NCBI RefSeq assembly: GCF_002310835.1
Contig: NZ_CP011042.1
Span: 690,001 to 722,000, forward strand
Length of the DNA stretch: 32,000 bases
Source of the DNA: Pseudoalteromonas tetraodonis
GTDB lineage: Bacteria; Pseudomonadota; Gammaproteobacteria; Enterobacterales; Alteromonadaceae
Direction of reading: 5' to 3'
In this document: piece after piece, positions 10,601-17,696 of the stretch
Layout: every line of letters starts with the position of its first letter
Numbering within the stretch: position 1 is the first letter of the stretch
The notes under the pieces: generated by a model
What the model was told of the DNA's origin: nothing
Databases searched by the model: none
Seen by the model: only the letters and a program-made list of their open reading frames with translations
Translations under genes and position numbers: made by a program

Positions 10601-13600
10601 TCAAATATACCAAAGACGGATCAGTATCAACTGATGCTGATGCAGTATGGCTTGATAATTTTGCTATGCTTCCAGTCGGTGATCAAACCGATACTGATAA
10701 CGATCAAATGCCAGACTATTGGGAACTACTAAATGGTTTAAATCGTTTTGATGCAAGTGATGCACTATCTGACAAAGACGCTGACAGCCTTTCAGCCCTT
10801 GATGAGTATAACCTAGGAACAAATCCAAATTCATCTGACACAGATTCTGATGAGTTAAGTGATGGCTATGAAGTTATTAATGGCTTGCTACCACTTGACC
10901 CTTCAGATGCGAGTTTAGATTCTGATGCTGATGGTTATACTAATATCCAAGAGTTCTATGGGCAAAGCCTTGCTAATGACGCAACATCAACTGTGCAGTC
11001 TTTTTCTCAGCTAAATGAAAGCTTTGAAGAAGGGCTTTTGCCAGCTATGTTTACTGAGCTTGCAGAGCACTCTACTCAATGGCAGCTTAATACCAACTGG
11101 TCTACGGATGGTACATCAAGCTTAAGCCTAAATGCTTCTCCAGCAGGTAGTATAAGCGGCTTTGCAATTGCAGGGTTATTTGAGGCGGGGTTCATTAATT
11201 TAGATTACTTTTCAAACAGTAACTCGTCATTTCAAATTAGTGTTAACGGTACTCAGTACAATATTAAGCATTATCGCTCTCGTTTGTTAATTCCTGTAAA
11301 TGATGGTTTTAATATTGTGAAGGTAAAATACGAAAGCCCTTACTTAGCAGATATGCCTTTTTCAGTTGATAATATCTCATGGACTGCTGAGCTGGATGTA
11401 GTTAGTGACTTTGATGGCGACGGTATTCCAGACTATTGGGAAGCACAGAATGGACTAAATGCACTTGACTCTTATGATGCATCAAATGATCCAGACTACG
11501 ACGGTTTATCTAACTTAAACGAGTATCAGATGTCGAGTAATCCGCTTTCTACAGATACAGATGGCGACGGTGTGCAAGATAGTGAAGATAGCCACCCAAC
11601 TGATTCTAGTTTGGGTGAAAATATAGCCCCTGTTTTTGTATCAAGTTTAGAGCCTATTACTCTTGAAGCAACTTCTCAAAATACTAACCTTACAAATATT
11701 TTTGTTCCTGAGGCAACTGATAACGGACATTTAGAACCTTATGTTTATGCTGCTTCTGGGTCTTACTTGCCCCTTGGTGAACATCAAATTACATGGGTTG
11801 CTCGTGATTATGTTGGTAACGAAACTACGGCTATTCAAACGGTAACCTTGGTTGACACAACGCCACCTGTTATACAAAACTATTACTCAGTTAATGTTTA
11901 TGGCAGCTCAATTGATGACATAAAAGCGGCATTATTTAACTCTAATGCTATCTACGATAGTGTATCGGATGTGGCCACTATCGATATTGATAGTAACTTT
12001 GTGTTCAGAACGGGGGATACTTTAATTCCTGTTTCTGCCGCTGATGGAGCGGGTAATACTTCTACAGGTGAAATAAATGCTCGTGTTTTTCCTAAGGTTA
12101 GTATCCAGCCTACTACCTATGTTTACCAAGATGGTAATGCGGTTATTGATGTATTCATAAGTGGTAAAAGCCCTTACGGTTCAGTAAGCTTTGATCTGAT
12201 TGGAAATAATACTAGTAAATATATATCTACAAATCAGCATGGTCTTGTCAAGGTAGTGCTAGAACGTGAGTTCTTTGAAAATGCGTCGAATATTCGCATT
12301 AATACGAGAAGCAGCTCATTTACTGATAGAAATGATACTAGCCAGTTAGTATTTCTAAATGAAACTGCAAAACCTGAATTCATTACTAATTTATATCAGA
12401 ATGGAAAAGTAATAAGCAAGATAGTTCAACGCGATTCGTCAGACTTTATTGTTGATGTTCATGCAGTTAATTTACCTAGTGCAGCAAGTGATAACTCAAT
12501 AGAGCTCCAGCTATCTTCACAAGGTGATTACTTTGTAAATAAAATTGGTCCCTCAAAGTGGAATATTACATTTACGCCTCAATTACTTACAGATTCTGAC
12601 AATCTAGACATTGCATTCACTATAAAACAAAATAGCGAAGCTGTTGCAACGGATCAAATTAGTTTACGTGTGATTGACGCAGTTACTTTCAATGATCCTG
12701 AGTTAGATACTGATGGTGATGGTATTTCTGATGCTGAAGAAGGTGTGAGTGATGGCGATAAAGACGGCATTGTTGATTACTTAGATAGCTCTTCTATTAC
12801 GCACTCAGCTGTTTTAGATTCAGGCGATATGGTTCGTAGCATCGATGAGTTTAATCATTTGTCAGTAGGTGATATTAAACAGGCTACTGTAACGCAAATG
12901 ATTGCTGATATGTCTATTTCAGAGCAAGACTTAAGTACTTACTTTGATAGCTTAGACATTGCAGAACCTCACTTTCAAGCTAAAAGTGATATTGTAAATA
13001 TTCACATTACTCTTTCAAACTCATCGGGTACGTCTGAAATTGCGATACCAGAGTACGTTAACTCTATTTTAAGTTCAGAAATGCAAATTCGTTTGTTATC
13101 TAATACAGGCTGGCAGTCGGTTTCAATGCTAACTGGTAACGTCTACGAGCAAATTTGTTCAGGTTGCTTTACTTTTGCAGTAACAGACGGCAGTGAATTT
13201 GACTTAGACGGTCAAGTTAATGGTGAGATTGAATTAGTTGCTAAGTTAGCTGAAGAAAGCTTAAACCAAGCGCCAGTTTTAGATGTAACAATTCCAGCAA
13301 CAATTGAAGAGCTTACAACTATTGAGCTTGATGCGTCAGGAACAACAGACCCTGATGGTGACCTACTAAGTTTTGAGTGGAGTATTGATCATCCTCAATT
13401 ATCACTGACGCCTTCAGAGACAGACAGTAAAGCGACACTGACTGTAGGTGAAATAGAGCAAACGTTCACTACAGATATCACTTTATTAATCTCAGATGGT
13501 TACGAGCAATTTACAGAGATATATACAGTGACCTTTATGCACGTTAATCAATTACCAGCAGTTGAGTTGAGCTCATCTTCTTTATCGGTTGATGAGGGTA

Positions 13601-13947
13601 AAGAAGTTAGCGTTACAGCAACTGCGACAGACAAAGAGTCATCTGAACTTACTTACAGATGGGTTCAAACACAAGGTATAGAAGTCGCAATTGAAAATGT
13701 TAATTCAAGTACATTGTCGTTTATGGCGCCAAATGTATCTGTAACAAGTGAACTTGGCTTTAAACTTAGTGTTTCTGATGGTGAAGGGGAGACAGAGCAA
13801 AGTGTTATCGTTACTATTAATAATGTACCTGAAGCACTTGCAACACCTAAAGAAGGTGATAAAAGTGGAGGAGGTTCTTTCAGTTTCTTCTTATTACTTT
13901 TAGCCGCTTTGTTTGTTTATAGAAGAGTACAGTTGTTACACAAATAA
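7636..13947 (+). CDS. Giant secreted M4 (thermolysin/vibriolysin-family) zinc metalloprotease with TSP3-like Ca-binding repeats, repeated beta-sandwich modules, HYR and PKD-like domains and a GlyGly-CTERM anchor
   Basis: 2103-aa ORF with TAGGAA RBS and signal peptide 'FCFLNTLSSQA/AV'. HEXXH 'HEVSH' at 8647-8661. Third zinc ligand Glu in 'GGINESFSDMAGE' (8719-8721), 20 residues after the second His as in thermolysin. 'DVHFSSGVFNRAFF' is the catalytic His equivalent. Many DxDxDGxxNxxE repeats. C-terminal 'SGGGSFSFFLLLLAALFVYRR'. Confidence 0.95.
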   Translation: MYKTLSSGLIAFCFLNTLSSQAAVSQRINKSSTQEVKQLLNQNSSIANTSSASSYFVELKQPQLSLSQQVNASSKKMQQYFSGVPVWGQQIRVQSNSEHISGFFAKNINFASLNKTATATFDELKAVKSLLTKSKLDDSLESEIINNKRYIYIHDGKAYYVRLIELKVTENGIEKMPIGLISESTYQIFELWDNIQSVDGKGPGGNQKIGQYEYGTDKDAFNVTQVGDTCFLENDKVKTVTMESGSEPSEAFSFTCNRNTHKEINGAFSPLNDAHAFGTAVFDMYQQWYNTAPLTFQLLMRVHSGDNWENATWNGQAMTFGDGADRFYPLVSLDIVSHEVSHGFTSQNSNLIYSNQSGGINESFSDMAGETAEYFLRGETDWLSGADISKVEPALRYFETPSLDGVSIDKASDFYPGMDVHFSSGVFNRAFFLLSNTDGWDPQKAFEIMLKANQNYWVSSSGFIDGACGAINSAIDLRYNASDVISAFNEVEVICDNIKFVDTDSDLMDDNWELLYGLDPSDADDANLDLDQDGLSNLEEYLANTLPNSVDTDADSLSDYDELNVYMTLPNNVDSDSDRMPDGWEVTFSFNPLDAADAELDFDSDSWANLIEYYGNSDPTDPNSEPSIFPETTYNFDDAVVPEFLVSSTPQTPWFITDYDGHDGLVLTNSDITDSQQTSVEFQFISDEQRFVNFNYLLETEANYDFFKVYINDTLVLDESGLTDWKVASFPLPTGFNTVKFVYTKDVIVSEGLDAVFIDNLYIGPSFPDSDGDGMSDMWELSYGLDINTDDSALDLDNDGLSNLLEFLNNGLPNNSDTDGDLMPDGWEYNNSLNLTDAADASQDADNDGFTNFTEYQANTDPQSDTSYPVVLNITTSFEGDTLPTWMTESVDSSAPFFITNDFATQGSQSIRSGDITDSQFSGFTVTGLFEEGVLAFDYKIDSEACCDFFIVTIDGQEVIGNAERGNLDAPEPTSFLVNISEGVHKIEFKYTKDGSVSTDADAVWLDNFAMLPVGDQTDTDNDQMPDYWELLNGLNRFDASDALSDKDADSLSALDEYNLGTNPNSSDTDSDELSDGYEVINGLLPLDPSDASLDSDADGYTNIQEFYGQSLANDATSTVQSFSQLNESFEEGLLPAMFTELAEHSTQWQLNTNWSTDGTSSLSLNASPAGSISGFAIAGLFEAGFINLDYFSNSNSSFQISVNGTQYNIKHYRSRLLIPVNDGFNIVKVKYESPYLADMPFSVDNISWTAELDVVSDFDGDGIPDYWEAQNGLNALDSYDASNDPDYDGLSNLNEYQMSSNPLSTDTDGDGVQDSEDSHPTDSSLGENIAPVFVSSLEPITLEATSQNTNLTNIFVPEATDNGHLEPYVYAASGSYLPLGEHQITWVARDYVGNETTAIQTVTLVDTTPPVIQNYYSVNVYGSSIDDIKAALFNSNAIYDSVSDVATIDIDSNFVFRTGDTLIPVSAADGAGNTSTGEINARVFPKVSIQPTTYVYQDGNAVIDVFISGKSPYGSVSFDLIGNNTSKYISTNQHGLVKVVLEREFFENASNIRINTRSSSFTDRNDTSQLVFLNETAKPEFITNLYQNGKVISKIVQRDSSDFIVDVHAVNLPSAASDNSIELQLSSQGDYFVNKIGPSKWNITFTPQLLTDSDNLDIAFTIKQNSEAVATDQISLRVIDAVTFNDPELDTDGDGISDAEEGVSDGDKDGIVDYLDSSSITHSAVLDSGDMVRSIDEFNHLSVGDIKQATVTQMIADMSISEQDLSTYFDSLDIAEPHFQAKSDIVNIHITLSNSSGTSEIAIPEYVNSILSSEMQIRLLSNTGWQSVSMLTGNVYEQICSGCFTFAVTDGSEFDLDGQVNGEIELVAKLAEESLNQAPVLDVTIPATIEELTTIELDASGTTDPDGDLLSFEWSIDHPQLSLTPSETDSKATLTVGEIEQTFTTDITLLISDGYEQFTEIYTVTFMHVNQLPAVELSSSSLSVDEGKEVSVTATATDKESSELTYRWVQTQGIEVAIENVNSSTLSFMAPNVSVTSELGFKLSVSDGEGETEQSVIVTINNVPEALATPKEGDKSGGGSFSFFLLLLAALFVYRRVQLLHK

Positions 13948-13970
13948 CAACAGTCTGCTTTATAACTATT

Positions 13971-14003
13971 AAATCCCTTGATTGTTATCAAGGGATTTTT
14001 TTT
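13971..14003 (+). terminator. Rho-independent terminator of the protease gene
   Basis: AAATCCCTTGAT (13971-13982) / loop TGTT / ATCAAGGGATTT (13987-13998), with the T-run extending to 14003. Confidence 0.9.
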
Positions 14004-14076
14004 GCATAAATTTTAAAATAAGTAAGTAGGCTTAATGTGTTAAGCTAATTATATTGTGACTCGTTAGGTTTTTTTA

Positions 14077-14544
14077 ATGAAGAATTATAAAGTTCTATTG
14101 TGTATTGGTTGTTTGTTTTTTGCTAATCAGTCTTTTGCTAAAACGATTTTACCTAGTAACAAAACTAAGTTTGTTAGCTTGTTTAATAGTAAAGTTGGCG
14201 ATTATGAATTAATTTCAGGCGATGCTCGCTATTGTGATTCAGGTTCATTAATGTGGCTCGATAGAAATAATACCGATTTGGGTTTTAGACTTGGTAGTTT
14301 AATTTCTTTTATTGATTTACATAATGGAACACAAACTAATAAAGTCCCTGATTTTTGCCTAGTGACTACTAAGTTTAAATATACGAATATTGGTTTAACA
14401 ATGGATTTGCGCCAAGACAGGTGTGACAATAATAGCGATACATTAGATGTTAGCCGCACGCTAAATTTTGTTTCTGACACACAGTTAGAATATTCGATTA
14501 AAAATGCTAATGTTCAATGTAAGTTTGAATTAAAGCGTCTATAA
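14077..14544 (+). CDS. Hypothetical secreted protein (155 aa, Cys-containing)
   Basis: Sec-type signal peptide 'LLCIGCLFFANQSFA/K'. No recognised motif. Its stop codon overlaps the umuC stop on the opposite strand. Confidence 0.5.
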   Translation: MKNYKVLLCIGCLFFANQSFAKTILPSNKTKFVSLFNSKVGDYELISGDARYCDSGSLMWLDRNNTDLGFRLGSLISFIDLHNGTQTNKVPDFCLVTTKFKYTNIGLTMDLRQDRCDNNSDTLDVSRTLNFVSDTQLEYSIKNANVQCKFELKRL

Positions 14545-15801
14545 ATCGCATTTTATTTTTGGAATATCACGCCAACGAGTCGTGTATTGCGGCGATAAAA
14601 AAGCCCTGTTCATATGCCAATGATCATTTAATTGGCTGCTCGCCACGCTAAGCATTCCTTTACCGTATCTATGATTTATCGCATCTAAGCAGCCCATTAA
14701 CTGCGGGTTATCGGTTTGCTTATCAAATAAATGATGTTGTTGAAACTGCTGCGGGCTGAGCTCTAATGCGCCCACACCACATTTATAAAATCGAATTCCC
14801 GGTTGATATATTTGCTCAAAACTCTTTGATACCGCATTGGCCATAACGCGAGTATCGTTAGTGGGCGGATCAAATTGATACATAACTGACTTTTTATAAA
14901 AGGCGTGTTCATGTGATGAGCTGGCAGCAAAAATATAAATACGATGAGTGAGCGACTGTTGTGCTCTTAATTTTTGTGCAACTACACTAGCATGATTTAT
15001 TAGGGCGGTTTTAACTGCATCGGGGTCGCAAAGTCGCTGACCAAAACTACGAGTTGAAAAAATAGCTTGTTTATCTTGGCGTACATCATCCCAGTTTAAA
15101 CAGGTAATGCCGTTGAGCTCGTTAATTGTGCGCTCAAGCACCACACTAAATTGGCGACGAATAGTTTTTGGGCTTTGCTCAGCCAGTTGCCACGCGGTAT
15201 GAATGTCCATGAGAGCCAGCTTTTTAGCTAAACGTTTGCCCACCCCCCAAACATCTTGGCAGTGCATTCGTTGTAAAATAGTGCGGCGACTTACTTCATC
15301 GTCAATCACTGCAACACCATTAAAGCCAGTTAGTTTTTTAGCTGCATGGTTAGCGGCTTTGGCTAAGGTCGGTGTTGGCCCAAAGCCAACCCCAACAGGG
15401 AGTTTGGTTTCGCGCCATACAGTACGCCTAATTAGTTGCCCATATGCTTGCCAATCGTTAATTAAAGGTTGATAACCATTAAAGTGTAAAAACGATTCAT
15501 CGATACTGTAAACATGCTGGGTGTCACAAAAGCGGCCAATTACACTCATCATCCGGTCGCTTAAATTAGCGTATAGTTCATAGTTACTAGAGCGTACAAC
15601 CACATTGTTTTGTTCTAGTAACTGCTTAACTTTAAAGTAAGGGCCAAATTTAGGAATATTAAGCTTACGCGCAATTGGGCAGACCGCACACACACAACCG
15701 TCGTTATTGGTAAGCACCACCACAGGCTTTGAGCGAATAGCCGGATCAAATACTTTTTCTGCACTGGCATAAAAAGCAACGGCATCGACTAAGGCATACA
15801 T
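14539..15801 (-). CDS. umuC: DNA polymerase V catalytic subunit UmuC (Y-family translesion polymerase)
   Basis: 'MYALVDAVAFYASAEKVFDP...VVVLTNNDGCV', 'YSIDESF', 'VWGVGKRLAKKL' are colinear with E. coli UmuC. Overlaps the umuD 3' end by 13 nt. Confidence 0.95.
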   Translation of the reverse strand: MYALVDAVAFYASAEKVFDPAIRSKPVVVLTNNDGCVCAVCPIARKLNIPKFGPYFKVKQLLEQNNVVVRSSNYELYANLSDRMMSVIGRFCDTQHVYSIDESFLHFNGYQPLINDWQAYGQLIRRTVWRETKLPVGVGFGPTPTLAKAANHAAKKLTGFNGVAVIDDEVSRRTILQRMHCQDVWGVGKRLAKKLALMDIHTAWQLAEQSPKTIRRQFSVVLERTINELNGITCLNWDDVRQDKQAIFSTRSFGQRLCDPDAVKTALINHASVVAQKLRAQQSLTHRIYIFAASSSHEHAFYKKSVMYQFDPPTNDTRVMANAVSKSFEQIYQPGIRFYKCGVGALELSPQQFQQHHLFDKQTDNPQLMGCLDAINHRYGKGMLSVASSQLNDHWHMNRAFLSPQYTTRWRDIPKIKCDL

Positions 15802-16202
15802 GAAAGTAACTCAGGGCTTTGTCGATGCAGCCTAATAGAGCGAGTTACCACGCCTTCAAGCTGAAACTCATCTGATTCAGTCAATTGCACCGGCTTATAA
15901 GCAGAAGAGGCTGATAGCAAGCGTGCATTGGTCTTATCAAGCAGCTTACATACAAATAAACCATTTAAGTTAGCCACAATAACATCGCCATCTTTTGGTA
16001 TTTCTGCACGGTCAACCAACAGTAAGTCGCCCTCAAAAATACCAATTTCTTGCATAGAGCACCCAGATGCTATCCCAATAAACGTGGCATCAGGGTGCTT
16101 TATTAATAACTCATCAAGTGAAACGCCAAGCTCTGTATATTGTGCTGCAGGTGACTCAAATCCGCATACACCGGCCTCTATATAAATGGGAATAACAAAC
16201 AT
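15789..16202 (-). CDS. umuD: UmuD, LexA-like S24 self-cleaving subunit of Pol V
   Basis: Cys-Gly cleavage site 'CGFESPAAQY', catalytic Ser in 'ASGCSM', catalytic Lys in 'FVCKLL'. Sits directly upstream of umuC. Confidence 0.95.
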   Translation of the reverse strand: MFVIPIYIEAGVCGFESPAAQYTELGVSLDELLIKHPDATFIGIASGCSMQEIGIFEGDLLLVDRAEIPKDGDVIVANLNGLFVCKLLDKTNARLLSASSAYKPVQLTESDEFQLEGVVTRSIRLHRQSPELLSCMP

Positions 16203-16222
16203 AACACAACCTAAAACGCATA

Positions 16223-16242
16223 TACTGTATAAGTGTACAGTA
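16223..16242 (-). promoter_or_regulatory. LexA (SOS) box overlapping the umuDC promoter
   Basis: TACTGTATAAGTGTACAGTA matches CTGT-N8-ACAG. It is embedded in a longer palindrome GCATATACTGTA (16218-16229) / TACAGTATATGC (16236-16247). On the minus strand, -35 TTGGCA (16263-16268) and -10 TATACT (16239-16244) have an 18-nt spacer, and the -10 lies inside the box. Confidence 0.9.
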
Positions 16243-16283
16243 TATGCGTTTTATATAAGTTATGCCAAGTAATGGATCTGCGA

Positions 16284-16703
16284 TCAATCCATATTTTTGA
16301 TCATTTGCTGAGCTGTATCTAAGAAGTCATTGATTTGCTGTGGGTTTAAGTTTTTACACATTTGGGCATTTACATGCTGCTCAGCGTTTAATAATTTGTC
16401 GTAAAGCGTGCACCCTTGTGCGGTAAACGACAGAATAAAACAACGCTTGTCATGCTCACTGGCATTTTTATGAATTAAGTTTAGCGCGAGCAGTTCTTTC
16501 ACTAACCGTGCTATTTGGGCTTTGTCGCGTTGGGTTTGATTCACAATATCGTTAGCAGTGCACTGAGGTGTCGCTGCAATAATATGCAGACAACGCACAT
16601 GCATCGCGTTTAATCCAAGCTCACCTGCATTAATGGCTTCGCGTATGGTAACGCGATAATTTTGCATTAAAGCAAATAATGTATTGGCCAATGAAGAGTT
16701 CAT
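16284..16703 (-). CDS. MarR-family transcriptional regulator
   Basis: Winged-helix region 'CLHIIAATPQCTANDIVNQTQRDKAQIARLVKELLALNLIHKNASEHDKRCFILSFT'. I prefer the Met at 16703 (MNSSLANTLF...). The listed start at 16778 would place two operator-like palindromes inside the CDS and leave 27 nt to the divergent gene. Confidence 0.85.
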   Translation of the reverse strand: MNSSLANTLFALMQNYRVTIREAINAGELGLNAMHVRCLHIIAATPQCTANDIVNQTQRDKAQIARLVKELLALNLIHKNASEHDKRCFILSFTAQGCTLYDKLLNAEQHVNAQMCKNLNPQQINDFLDTAQQMIKNMD

Positions 16704-16719
16704 AATAAATCCATAATGG

Positions 16720-16761
16720 TTGACAAAGTCAATTAAATTGCTATGGTTGATTTTATCAACC
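16720..16761. promoter_or_regulatory. Two related palindromes in the MarR / reductase divergent promoter region (putative MarR operators)
   Basis: TTGACAAAGTCAA (16720-16732) and GGTTGATTTTATCAACC (16745-16761). Both have TTGA(C/T)-N3-(G/A)TCAA symmetry. Confidence 0.45.
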
Positions 16762-16805
16762 AATGGGGCGTTGTGCAATTCATCATTTTAGTGAGGTAAA
16801 TTTAT

Positions 16806-17552
16806 ATGGGTAAAAAAGTACGCAAAGCAACCGTATTAAGCACAAAGCAAATAACCCCACATTTACAACGCATTATTGTCGGCTCAGATGAGTTTAACGA
16901 CCTGAGTGCGCAATACATTGGTAACTATGTAAAGGTGCTTATTCCACAAAATGGCCGCGTTGACTTTAATATTAAAACTACGTGTATGCGTTCATACACT
17001 ATAAGACATGTTGATGAGCACACTGGTGCACTTACCCTCGACTTTGTGATAAATATGCACCAAGGTCCAGCCACTAATTGGGCTAAAGAAGCAAAAGTAG
17101 GCGATGAAGTGGGTATAGCAGGGCCAGGCCCTAAAAAGTTGGATAACTATGATCATTCATATTATCTATTACTTGGCGATTTAACTTCGGTTAATGCAAT
17201 TAAAGGCTACGTGCAACAATTGCCTATAAACGCAAAAATTGACGCGATTATCCATGCACCAACAAAAGATGATGTGATTAGCTTAGACTCCTCGCGTGAT
17301 GTAACGTGGTTAATAACAAATAACCCCGATACAGATATGATAAACGCATTAAAATCGCTACCACTTAGTGAGCAACAACCTATTGTATTTATGGCACTTG
17401 AAGCCGGATTAGTCCGTAAAGCAAAAACCATATTAACTGATGAATTAGCTATACCGCGCAGTCAAATTGTTGCATCGGGCTATTGGAAAAAAGGACTTGA
17501 TTCAGAAGCTTATAAACTAAAGCGCCAACACGCTGCGGCTAAAAATAGCTAA
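16806..17552 (+). CDS. Siderophore-interacting protein / FAD-dependent ferric-siderophore reductase (SIP, ViuB-like)
   Basis: FAD-binding 'RSYTIR' motif, 'GPGP' nucleotide-binding loop, 'ASGYWKKG' C-terminal SIP signature. GTGAGGT RBS. Confidence 0.85.
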   Translation: MGKKVRKATVLSTKQITPHLQRIIVGSDEFNDLSAQYIGNYVKVLIPQNGRVDFNIKTTCMRSYTIRHVDEHTGALTLDFVINMHQGPATNWAKEAKVGDEVGIAGPGPKKLDNYDHSYYLLLGDLTSVNAIKGYVQQLPINAKIDAIIHAPTKDDVISLDSSRDVTWLITNNPDTDMINALKSLPLSEQQPIVFMALEAGLVRKAKTILTDELAIPRSQIVASGYWKKGLDSEAYKLKRQHAAAKNS

Positions 17553-17696
17553 CTTAATTGTTGTTCAATCACATCGCTATTTAGCTTTTAAAAGGCAAGG
17601 CGCCTTGAATTGACTGTCATACACACCCATCTCTTAGCGTAGACTCATTATTTATGGCTAGCGCTATAAATCGCTATTTAATTTGGAGGTGCTACT

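Noticed and set aside
16775-16789. Fur box in front of the siderophore-interacting reductase gene (GCAATTCATCATTTT).
   Set aside because: It matches only a fragment (ATCATT) of the 19-bp Fur consensus and has no dyad symmetry.
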